Part shown: one piece after another, positions 8,822 through 18,851 of the stretch | Position numbering within the stretch: the first letter of the stretch is position 1 | Layout: each line of letters begins with the position of its first letter | DNA from: Alphaproteobacteria bacterium | Lineage (GTDB): Bacteria; Pseudomonadota; Alphaproteobacteria; JAOXRX01 | Assembly (NCBI GenBank): GCA_025800285.1 | Contig: JAOXRX010000037.1 | Location: 52,651-116,650, forward strand | Reading direction: 5' to 3' | Length of the DNA: 64,000 nucleotides | Position numbers and translations under genes: made by a program | Notes under the pieces: generated by a model | Told to the model about the DNA's origin: nothing | The model's database searches: none | Seen by the model: the letters and a program-made list of their open reading frames with translations, nothing else

Positions 8822-10639
8822 ATGGAATTTAGAAATATAGCAATCATTGCCCATGTTGATCATGGCAAAACCACTCTTGTTGACAATATGCTGAAACAAA
8901 GTGGAGCTTTTGAAGCTCATAAAGAAATGGCTGACAGAGTTATGGACTCTAACGATTTAGAAAAAGAAAGAGGAATAACAATTTCTGCTAAATGCACTTC
9001 AATTGAGTGGAAAAACTATAGAATCAACATTGTTGACACTCCTGGTCATGCTGACTTTGGAGGAGAAGTAGAAAGAATACTAAGTATGGTTGACGGAGTT
9101 GTATTGCTAGTTGATTCTGCAGAAGGATGCCTACCTCAAACTAAATTTGTTTTAACAAAAGCTTTAGGCTTAGGGCTAAAGCCGATGGTAGTTGTAAACA
9201 AAGTTGATAGAGGAGATGCAAGACCTCACGAAGTTCATGATGAAGTTTTCGATTTATTTGACAAAATTGGAGCGAATGACGAACAACTAGACTTCCCAAC
9301 ACTGTTTGCAGTTGGAAGAGATGGTTGGGCTGTGGAAGATTATGAAAATGATACTCCTAAAGATTTGTCCCCGTTATTTGACTTAATAATAGATCATGTT
9401 CCTGCACCAACTTGTGCTCCTGAAAAACCATTTGCTATGCTAACGACTCTTATAGAATCAGATCCTTATGTTGGCAGAGTTCTAACAGGTAAAGTTTATA
9501 ACGGAAACATAAAAGTTGGCTCTCCTATTAAAGCTATCTCTCTTGATGGTAAGACAATAGAACAAGGCAAGGTTACAAAAATTATGGCTTTCCGTGGAGT
9601 AGAAAGAACATCTGTAAGTGAAGCTATCGCTGGAGACATTATTTCTATAGCTGGATTATCAAAAGCAACTGTAGCAGATACAATTTGTGATTTATCAGTA
9701 GAAAAGGCTTTTGAAGCACACCCAATCGATCCTCCTACACTTTCAATGACATTCTCTGTTAACGATTCTCCGTTCGCAGGTCAAGAAGGAGATAAACTTA
9801 CTTCAAGAGTAATTGCAGCAAGATTATTTAAAGAAGCTGAAAGCAATGTAGCTCTAAAAGTTGAAGAAACTGAAGATAAAAATAGCTTTATTGTATCTGG
9901 TCGTGGAGAACTACAATTAGGAGTGCTAATAGAAACTCTTAGAAGAGAAGGATTCGAACTTTCTATCTCAAGACCTCATGTTGTTTATAAATATGAAGAC
10001 GGTCAAAAACTAGAGCCAATTGAAGAAGTTATTATCGATGTTGAAGATGAGTTCTCTGGTATAGTTATTGAGAAAATGAATAAAAGAAAAGGTATTATGT
10101 CAGACTTAAGACCTTCTGGCGATGGAAAAACAAGAATAACATTCTATACTCCATCAAGAGGTCTAATCGGTTATTTATCTGAGTTTAGAACAGATACAAG
10201 AGGAACTGGTGTTATGAATAGATTATTCCATAACTACGAACCGTTTAAAGGAGAAATTGAGAAATATAGATCAGGAGTTCTAATCTCTATGGGAAACGGA
10301 GTCGCAGCTCCATTTGCTTTATTCAACTTAGAAGCAAGAGGTGTAATGTTCATTGATGCTGGTGTAAAAGTTTATGATGGCATGATTATTGGAGAACATT
10401 CTCAAAGCAATGATTTGGAAGTAAACCCTATTAAAGGTAAGCAACTTACAAACATCCGTGCTTCTGGTAAAGATGAGGCTGTTAAGCTTACAACCCCGAT
10501 TACAATGAGCTTAGAAGAGGCAATTTCATACATTCATGATGATGAATTAGTTGAAGTTACTCCTGAGAGTATGAGACTTAGAAAAAAACATTTAAGTGCT
10601 ATTGACAGGAAAAAAGCTTTAAGAGCTAAAAACAAATAG
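8822..10639 (+). CDS. typA: Translational GTPase TypA/BipA
   Basis: 605 aa. N-terminus is AIIAHVDHGKTTLVD, then DTPGHADF and NKVD G-motifs, followed by the C-terminal TypA domain. Confidence 0.95.
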   Translation: MEFRNIAIIAHVDHGKTTLVDNMLKQSGAFEAHKEMADRVMDSNDLEKERGITISAKCTSIEWKNYRINIVDTPGHADFGGEVERILSMVDGVVLLVDSAEGCLPQTKFVLTKALGLGLKPMVVVNKVDRGDARPHEVHDEVFDLFDKIGANDEQLDFPTLFAVGRDGWAVEDYENDTPKDLSPLFDLIIDHVPAPTCAPEKPFAMLTTLIESDPYVGRVLTGKVYNGNIKVGSPIKAISLDGKTIEQGKVTKIMAFRGVERTSVSEAIAGDIISIAGLSKATVADTICDLSVEKAFEAHPIDPPTLSMTFSVNDSPFAGQEGDKLTSRVIAARLFKEAESNVALKVEETEDKNSFIVSGRGELQLGVLIETLRREGFELSISRPHVVYKYEDGQKLEPIEEVIIDVEDEFSGIVIEKMNKRKGIMSDLRPSGDGKTRITFYTPSRGLIGYLSEFRTDTRGTGVMNRLFHNYEPFKGEIEKYRSGVLISMGNGVAAPFALFNLEARGVMFIDAGVKVYDGMIIGEHSQSNDLEVNPIKGKQLTNIRASGKDEAVKLTTPITMSLEEAISYIHDDELVEVTPESMRLRKKHLSAIDRKKALRAKNK

Positions 10640-10695
10640 ATTATAAAAAAGCTTGCATTTTTTATAAAAATGGAGTAGCTTACTGGAATAAATAA

Positions 10696-10720
10696 GGAGA
10701 GGTGGCTGAGTGGCTGAAAA
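10696..10720 (+). other. Orphan duplicate of tRNA-Ser 5' end (28-nt identity including 3 nt upstream)
   Basis: ataaggagaggtggctgagtggctgaaa occurs at 10693-10720 and again at 10873-10900. The first copy does not continue into a tRNA fold. Confidence 0.5.
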
Positions 10721-10875
10721 TACGCTTAGTCTTCTCAAGAAGCAAAGCGACTGCAAGAAGACTTAGTCTTTTGCCCGAATACGAGCCTAAAAGGCGAAGT
10801 ACCGAGGGAAATCGTGGAGCTTTTAAGTTAGAGTTAAATAGTTTTTTAAATCTAGCTTCACAATTGGTTATATAA

Positions 10876-10966
10876 GGAGAGGTGGCTGAGTGGCTGAAAG
10901 CGCGCCCCTGCTAAGGGTGTATAGGGCAACCCCCTATCGAGGGTTCGAATCCCTCTCTCTCCGCCA
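10876..10966 (+). tRNA. tRNA-Ser (anticodon GCU), class II with long variable arm, CCA encoded
   Basis: Hand fold: acceptor GGAGAGG/UCUCUCC; D-arm GCU…AGC; anticodon stem CGCCC/GGGUG with loop CUGCUAA; variable arm; T-arm GAGGG-UUCGAAU-CCCUC; discriminator G plus CCA. Confidence 0.9.
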
Positions 10967-10977
10967 TAAATAAAAAA

Positions 10978-11000
10978 GTCGTGCATAGCACGGCTTTTTT
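10978..11000 (+). terminator. Rho-independent terminator after tRNA-Ser
   Basis: Stem gtcgtgc/gcacggc with loop ata, followed by tttttt. Confidence 0.6.
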
Positions 11001-11149
11001 GTTTATAGGAGTGAAGTTAGGATTAGAAACTTTATGAGTAAATCTTTGATTTACGAATGGTTCGACAATTGAACTTCATTTCATAGGGCAGAGCCCGCAT
11101 GAAATGTTAGTGATTGCAACTTTTGAAGAAACCTTAGTTTCTGATAAAA

Positions 11150-11501
11150 GTAATCCCTCTCTTTACATAATATTTTTCAATTTATATTCGATGAATTAGG
11201 AATAGATAAAATAGCGAAGGAAGTTAATAAACATTTCTCAAATCAAGATATAGACATCATTGTCATAGATCCATGGAGAAATATCTACGAACAAGGATTG
11301 TCAGGAAAAAGCTCTGTCGATCCAAATGCTGATATTATAGCTTTTTTCAAAAGCCGTATTGAAAGTTTGCGAGAAAAAACAAATCCGAATGCTGGAATTG
11401 TGATAGCTCACCATACAAATAAGAACCAAGAATTAGAACACAAAATATTATTAATATATATATTTGTTTTTTCATGGTTGTATTATTACGACCTTTTATA
11501 A
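11150..11501 (+). pseudogene. Fragment of RepA-like / AAA_25-family ATPase (mobile-element replication/primase-associated), degraded
   Basis: The readable frame contains …DIDIIVIDPWRN… (Walker B-like) and …GIVIAHHTNKN… (the HHxxK motif typical of AAA_25/RepA ATPases). There is no intact N-terminus or Walker A. Upstream frames are broken by stops. Confidence 0.35.
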
Positions 11502-11514
11502 TTTAAAATTCTAT

Positions 11515-11895
11515 TCATAACGAAAGTTTGTAATTAATATATATGCTAAAAGACAATATAAAATTGTAATACATAAAGTATATTATAGCCATGCAAAAAT
11601 AATAACCAATACATATGAAGCGACTTTTTAGTTTATTCTTAATATCTAAAACATTATTTTTTGTTTTCCAAAATATAAAGGAATACAAAAAAACAATCAA
11701 AAATATCATAAGTAAAGAAAAATAAACATTAGGGCAATCCCCTTTTATACATACATATTTGTTATAATAATCTTCGTTAAATATAGAAATCATGTAATTT
11801 TTTATGGATATTATACTAATTGTTATAAAACCGAAAAGCCCTAGTATAAAAATTATGCTTGGTATATTATTTGCAATTTTTCTAAATTTATTCAT
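11515..11895 (-). CDS. Small multi-TM membrane protein, hypothetical (candidate immunity protein for upstream toxin-like gene)
   Basis: 126 aa, very hydrophobic with 3-4 predicted TM helices. It lies immediately downstream of the MuF/Tlde1-like gene on the same strand. Confidence 0.4.
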   Translation of the reverse strand: MNKFRKIANNIPSIIFILGLFGFITISIISIKNYMISIFNEDYYNKYVCIKGDCPNVYFSLLMIFLIVFLYSFIFWKTKNNVLDIKNKLKSRFICIGYYFCMAIIYFMYYNFILSFSIYINYKLSL

Positions 11896-11933
11896 AATAA
11901 TAATTGTTTAACATATAGGCTTATATAATGCAA

Positions 11934-12557
11934 TTATTTTTTATATTGAACTATTAAATCAATAGTTCCTATTTCTGATATTGATCTAAATTCTTCTAAA
12001 AAACTTTTTATTTCAGATGTTAGATCTATGCATCCTATAGAACCAGGATATGTACCTCCATGGATAGAAAACCCACTTCTTCCTTTTGTATCAGTTCCCT
12101 TTTTGGGATCAAGCCATACTCTTCCATCTCCCCATGACTTTTCCCCTCCCGGAAAAGTTCCACCATAAAATATACCTTTAAATTTATCCCAATCACTTCT
12201 ATTATCAGTATACTGAATATCAGGTCTTACTTTATATTCTCCTTCAGGAATTGGACCTTTATTTTTTTTATCAGTATCTTCAGGATGTTGATATCCTGGT
12301 TTACCAGAAACACCATTCCAAGATTTAATAACCTCTTCCGCCCAAATGAGTTTTAAAATTTTGCCATTAAATAATAAATAAGGTTTTCCTTCTCTTTGAT
12401 ATATTTTCTTTAAATGGCATCTACAATTTGGATGTATAGGTAGTTTAGGAGCATCTTGCATTTTATCAAACCTTTTTCCTTGATGTTCTTTGCATTTATC
12501 ACAAATATTGTCTCCTTCGTTTTGATAAACCCAATCATAAATTTCATATTGTTGCAT
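11934..12557 (-). CDS. Putative polymorphic-toxin-like protein: MuF-type Zn-ribbon motif (CDKC…HPNCRCH) + L,D-transpeptidase/Tlde1-like C-terminal domain
   Basis: 207 aa. The N-terminal D-x2-C-x2-C…G-x-x-F…LPIHPNCRCH block matches the conserved C-terminal core of phage Mu F / SPP1 gp7 head-morphogenesis proteins. The C-terminal FSIHGGTYPGSIGCIDL block resembles the His/Cys catalytic signature of YkuD-type L,D-transpeptidases and Tlde1 (DUF2778) effectors. Confidence 0.55.
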   Translation of the reverse strand: MQQYEIYDWVYQNEGDNICDKCKEHQGKRFDKMQDAPKLPIHPNCRCHLKKIYQREGKPYLLFNGKILKLIWAEEVIKSWNGVSGKPGYQHPEDTDKKNKGPIPEGEYKVRPDIQYTDNRSDWDKFKGIFYGGTFPGGEKSWGDGRVWLDPKKGTDTKGRSGFSIHGGTYPGSIGCIDLTSEIKSFLEEFRSISEIGTIDLIVQYKK

Positions 12558-13129
12558 TATTTTTCTCCTTTTCTTGAGATTGGTAAATTATTATTTACTT
12601 CTGTTAATTTTTTATCTAAATTAATTTTCTTTTTCCCCCAGCAGTATTCAGCATAAACATTGTTAAAAGCTCCATCCTTAATAGCTCTTTTAATTTCTAA
12701 CAAAGGATAAAAAGAGCAAATTTTTTCTAAAAAAGATTTAGTTTTATTACCTAAAATTCCATCCTCTTTTAGAGCTATGATTTCTGTTATTTGATGTTCT
12801 TTTTTATATCCTGTGAGAATATTTAATCCTCTTTGCAAATCTTTTAAAGCTTGTTCTTTTCCTACTCTCTTTGAATGAGTCTGCAGAAATTCATTTAATT
12901 CAGATATTTTCTCTTTAGTTGAAGAGGGTTTTATTACTTTATTCTCTTTTATTGCTACCACAGGAGGTTCTTCTTCAATTACTTGCTTTTTTAGTTCTGG
13001 TTTTTTAGCGACTTTCTTTATAGGCCTTTCTTCAATACCATATTCTCTTTTTAAAAAGGATTTAATCTCTTGCTCAAAAAGGTGTTGTTTATAAGCCTTT
13101 TTAATATTTTCATAATTAAAATTTATCAT
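12557..13129 (-). CDS. Hypothetical charged protein, translationally coupled (TAATG) to the MuF/Tlde1-like gene
   Basis: 190 aa. Its stop codon overlaps the start of the downstream gene by 1 nt. No recognisable domain. Confidence 0.5.
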   Translation of the reverse strand: MINFNYENIKKAYKQHLFEQEIKSFLKREYGIEERPIKKVAKKPELKKQVIEEEPPVVAIKENKVIKPSSTKEKISELNEFLQTHSKRVGKEQALKDLQRGLNILTGYKKEHQITEIIALKEDGILGNKTKSFLEKICSFYPLLEIKRAIKDGAFNNVYAEYCWGKKKINLDKKLTEVNNNLPISRKGEK

Positions 13130-13350
13130 TATATTTGCTCCAATAAAAAAGCCCTGTCTTGCGACAGAGCATAGGTATTTCTTTTTCTAATTACCTTCTA
13201 TAGGACATTATTCCTAACTTGTCAAGTAAAAAATAATTTATTTGTTTTATTCGCTTTATTGTCTTTTTTGCTGGACTTTCTCTGAAAGTTATGGCTTTGT
13301 TGTGTTGTGCCGCGACTCGAGTCGCTAAAACAACTAAACCAGGAGGATAT

Positions 13351-13440
13351 ATGGAATTAGAGATTAAAAAGAAAGTAGGTTTAAATCTATTTAAAATTCG
13401 CAGAGAAAAGCATTATCAAATTAATTCTGATTACTATTAA
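13351..13440 (+). pseudogene. 29-codon ORF resembling N-terminus of an XRE-family HTH regulator (probable remnant)
   Basis: A perfect AGGAGG at 13341-13346 precedes ATG 13351. The peptide MELEIKKKVGLNLFKIRREKHYQ… resembles the start of an XRE HTH and then terminates. Confidence 0.25.
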
Positions 13441-13592
13441 AGACTGCATACAAAATATAATTTTAGCATATTATTATAATTAACTTTCTCACAATATTAA
13501 AAAAGTTGCAAACATGCTAATTTTATGATATATTAACAGTGCACAGAACAAAGATTGTTTTATAATTAAACAAAATTAAGGAGATAAAAAAT

Positions 13593-14522
13593 ATGTTAAA
13601 GATGAGCGAAAACAAAAAAATAGATACTACTTTAACAACTGTTTTATTAGCTGGGGTTTTTGCAGTAGGAAAGAAACATAAAGGCTTTATTCCCGAAGCA
13701 GAAATGAATTTATTAAAAGACTCTTTAGAAAGAGTTAAAAGTGCTAGCATTTTACATAGAGGTGTATCCCTTTTAGGAACTAAAACACCAGGATTTGCTA
13801 TAAAAATTCTAGATACTTTTTCTCATGGATTAGCATATCAGTATGCAGAAAGAAATAGAATATTTCGTGAACAATTCTCTCAAATGCACAGCATTTATGG
13901 CTCAGACTTATCTATAGTAAATTTAAGGGCTGGTCTTGATTTTATACCGGATTTATATGCTTATAATAACAATTTAGAAACTATAAATATTGATAGCGAG
14001 GAAATTTTAAGTCAAAGAAAATGGTTATTGCAAGAGAAAAGACCTGAGCTATTCTATAACTCTAAAGAAGTTCCTTTGAACTTATCATTGGAGAATGATA
14101 TTTCTAAAATACAAAACTTTTTAAAAGATAAACCAACTTTAGTTATGGCTAAAGGATTGTTTCCATATTTAGAACATGATAAAGTTAAGCTTATTTTACA
14201 AGAAATAGCAAAATCACCTAAACCATCAATGCTTACATGCTCTTTTTTAAATTCTTTAAATGGAAATACAAAAACTAAAAAAGAGGAATCTACTAAACAA
14301 AGCATGAATTATAAATCAGCTTGGAGCCCTAAAGATTTTACAGCATTAGCAACAAGCTTAGGCATGCAGGTTCAATTTGCACTAAAAGCCTCAACTTGGA
14401 TGAGTGAAGCTATAATAAAATCTGGAAAAATAAACCCTCAGCAATTAGATGAAACTTGGGATATAGAAAACATGGCGACAATATCTAATGCAAGACATTC
14501 ATATATACCTTCAATTAGTTAA
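13593..14522 (+). CDS. Hypothetical protein (weak resemblance to leucine-carboxyl/TcmP-type SAM methyltransferases)
   Basis: 309 aa with an AAGGAG RBS 9 nt upstream. Segments IVNLRAGLDFIP and YLEHDKVKLILQEIA loosely fit LCM-family motifs. This assignment is not secure. Confidence 0.55.
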   Translation: MLKMSENKKIDTTLTTVLLAGVFAVGKKHKGFIPEAEMNLLKDSLERVKSASILHRGVSLLGTKTPGFAIKILDTFSHGLAYQYAERNRIFREQFSQMHSIYGSDLSIVNLRAGLDFIPDLYAYNNNLETINIDSEEILSQRKWLLQEKRPELFYNSKEVPLNLSLENDISKIQNFLKDKPTLVMAKGLFPYLEHDKVKLILQEIAKSPKPSMLTCSFLNSLNGNTKTKKEESTKQSMNYKSAWSPKDFTALATSLGMQVQFALKASTWMSEAIIKSGKINPQQLDETWDIENMATISNARHSYIPSIS

Positions 14523-14553
14523 TTCAAAACCTTATACAAAAAAAATCTAAGTA

Positions 14554-15450
14554 CTAATGTGTTCTACCAGCTAGATATTGAGCTAGCTCTATTAACAAAC
14601 TTACATCTTTGTTAAATATCTTTAACTCATCACAAGCTTCCTGAGTTAATTTATCAACTGCTATTTGTGCTTCTTCCAGCCCATACATAGAAATAAATGT
14701 TGTTTTCTTATTAGCCTCATCTCTTCGTAATGGCTTACCTACTAATTTTTCATCACCAATAACATCTAATATATCATCCGTTATTTGAAAAACAATGCCA
14801 AATTTTGTTGCATAATTATACAAAGCTTTTCGCTCCTCTTTAGAAGCCTTTCCCAATATAGCTCCAGCCAAACAAGAGAATATAAACATTTTACCTGTTT
14901 TAAGAAACTCCATTCTTTTCATTGTCTCAAAGGACAAAGATCTTTTTTCAGATAGTAAGTCTAGTATTTGACCAGCAACCATCCCCTTTGCTCCAATTGT
15001 TTTTGAGAGTTCTAAAGCAATTTCGCTTCTTAATTCAGCATCCGATATATTGCTTGGATTAGAAATAATCTCATAAGCTAAGGGTATTAAAGCATCACCA
15101 GTAAGTATAGCAGTTGCCTCATCATATCTTATATGGTTTGCGGGCTGTCCTCTTCTAGTATCGGCATCGTCCATAGAAGGAAGGTCATCATGAATAAGAG
15201 AATAAGCATGCACGAACTCTATTGCACTAGCCACTTTTAAAGCCTCTTTTCTAGAAACTCCAAATAGCTTTGATGTTTCTACTACTAAAAATGCTCTAAT
15301 TCTTTTAGCCTTTGCCATAGAAGAATATCTCATGGATTCATATAGGAAACTCTCTTCTTCCGTTCCATTTGGGATTAAAGCCAGCATTTCAGCCTCAATA
15401 TCTTTAACTACTCTTTTTATTTCTGATGATAAAGCTTTGCTGATATTCAT
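14554..15450 (-). CDS. ispA: Polyprenyl (farnesyl/geranylgeranyl) diphosphate synthase
   Basis: Has the FARM motif LIHDDLPSMDDADTRRG and the SARM motif FQITDDILD. The ORF extends up to 15507, but the internal Met (MNISKAL…) gives a start 1 nt after the xseB stop, avoiding a 56-nt overlap. Confidence 0.85.
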   Translation of the reverse strand: MNISKALSSEIKRVVKDIEAEMLALIPNGTEEESFLYESMRYSSMAKAKRIRAFLVVETSKLFGVSRKEALKVASAIEFVHAYSLIHDDLPSMDDADTRRGQPANHIRYDEATAILTGDALIPLAYEIISNPSNISDAELRSEIALELSKTIGAKGMVAGQILDLLSEKRSLSFETMKRMEFLKTGKMFIFSCLAGAILGKASKEERKALYNYATKFGIVFQITDDILDVIGDEKLVGKPLRRDEANKKTTFISMYGLEEAQIAVDKLTQEACDELKIFNKDVSLLIELAQYLAGRTH

Positions 15451-15451
15451 G

Positions 15452-15667
15452 TTACATATCCTCTTCTTTTGATACTTCTCCGTTACTACTAACGGCAATT
15501 TTTTCAAGTTTTGTTTTTGCTTCTTTTAATCTAGTTTCACAGATTGATGCGAGCTTAACACCTTTTTCATAATTAGCCAAAGCATCTTCAAGTTTACCTT
15601 GTCCGCTTTCCATAGATTTAACAATTAGTTCTAGCTCTTTTAAAGCATCTTCAAAATTAGTATCCAT
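15452..15667 (-). CDS. xseB: Exodeoxyribonuclease VII small subunit
   Basis: 71 aa, helical. Matches the XseB signature …FEDALKELELIVKSMESGQGKLEDAL…, and sits in the conserved xseB-ispA arrangement. Confidence 0.85.
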   Translation of the reverse strand: MDTNFEDALKELELIVKSMESGQGKLEDALANYEKGVKLASICETRLKEAKTKLEKIAVSSNGEVSKEEDM

Positions 15668-15677
15668 ATCTTTCTCC

Positions 15678-16643
15678 TTATTTAAAAACCCCTATCACAC
15701 TCATCATATCTTCTGGAATCTCACTTATAAAGTGCATCTCCTCTTTTGTACTAGGATGAATAAAAGCTATTTCTTTTGCATGCAAAGCTTGTCTATCAAA
15801 GCATCTCAATATCGCCTTTTGTTCATCTGTAAATTTATATTTATTGATTTTGCTTCTACCATAAACTTGATCTCCTAAAAGAGGACAACCTATATGAGTC
15901 ATATGAACTCTTATTTGATGAGTCCTTCCTGTTTCAAGTTTACATTCAACTAAACAAAGCTTTCTCTCAAATGTTTTAAGAGTCTTATAATTTGTGATTG
16001 CCTCTTTACCAGCATCTTCACCCAGAACAGACATTTTTTTACGATTCGTTTTACTTCTTCCAATGTTAGTTAGGATTGTTCCTGATGATGGAGATGGATT
16101 TCCCCAAACAATAGCATTATAAACTCTAGAAAGCTTTCTCTTTTCTAACTGCTTTGATAAATGTTTATGTGCTTTATCGTTTTTCGCAACGATCATCAAG
16201 CCACTTGTATCTTTATCTAAACGATGAACAATTCCCGGTCTTTGTACTCCACCTATGCCAGAAAGGCTATCTTTACAATGGAACAGTATAGCATTTACTA
16301 GAGTCCCATCATAATTACCAACAGCAGGATGCACAACCATACCTACTTCTTTATTGATAACTAGAACATCATCATCTTCATAAACGATGTTTATAGGTAT
16401 ATCTTGTGGTTCTGGGATTGCCTCTTTAACTTCTGGAATTTCAACGAAAAACACATCTCCTTTTTTAACTTTTGTTGCTGGAGATATTTTTTCATAATTT
16501 TTACTTTTTACATAATCATTCTCTATGTAATTCTTTAATTGGTTTCTGGATATTTCTGGCAGAGATTTCGCCAAACAGAAATCCAATCTTTTTTTATTTA
16601 ACTCTTCTGATATTTGAACTTTTAACATACAGCTTTTATACAA
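15678..16643 (-). CDS. rluD: 23S rRNA pseudouridine synthase, RluD-like (RluA family)
   Basis: S4-like N-terminus followed by the catalytic HRLDKDTSGLMIVAK motif. Confidence 0.85.
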   Translation of the reverse strand: MYKSCMLKVQISEELNKKRLDFCLAKSLPEISRNQLKNYIENDYVKSKNYEKISPATKVKKGDVFFVEIPEVKEAIPEPQDIPINIVYEDDDVLVINKEVGMVVHPAVGNYDGTLVNAILFHCKDSLSGIGGVQRPGIVHRLDKDTSGLMIVAKNDKAHKHLSKQLEKRKLSRVYNAIVWGNPSPSSGTILTNIGRSKTNRKKMSVLGEDAGKEAITNYKTLKTFERKLCLVECKLETGRTHQIRVHMTHIGCPLLGDQVYGRSKINKYKFTDEQKAILRCFDRQALHAKEIAFIHPSTKEEMHFISEIPEDMMSVIGVFK

Positions 16644-16678
16644 TAGATTTTTACAAAAGACAAATTATTTCTTTTTGA

Positions 16679-18823
<2,145 letters not shown>

Positions 18824-18851
18824 TTTTTATATAATATAATAAATCTATTTA

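Noticed and set aside
10696-10872. First tRNA-like start (ggagaggtggctgagtggctgaaa…) as a second complete tRNA or an intron-containing tRNA
   Set aside because: After the shared 28 nt there is no D-stem closure, anticodon arm or T-arm that folds. The downstream copy is a complete tRNA on its own, so this is an orphan fragment.
10876-10966. Initial reading of the tRNA anticodon as CUA (amber suppressor)
   Set aside because: I had mis-registered the anticodon stem. With the 5-bp stem CGCCC/GGGUG the loop is CUGCUAA, giving anticodon GCU (Ser). That is consistent with the class II long variable arm and the G discriminator.
11298-11501. 67-aa ORF as an intact gene
   Set aside because: It is the in-frame tail of the RepA/AAA_25-like pseudogene fragment and runs into AT-rich low-complexity sequence. 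It has no RBS.
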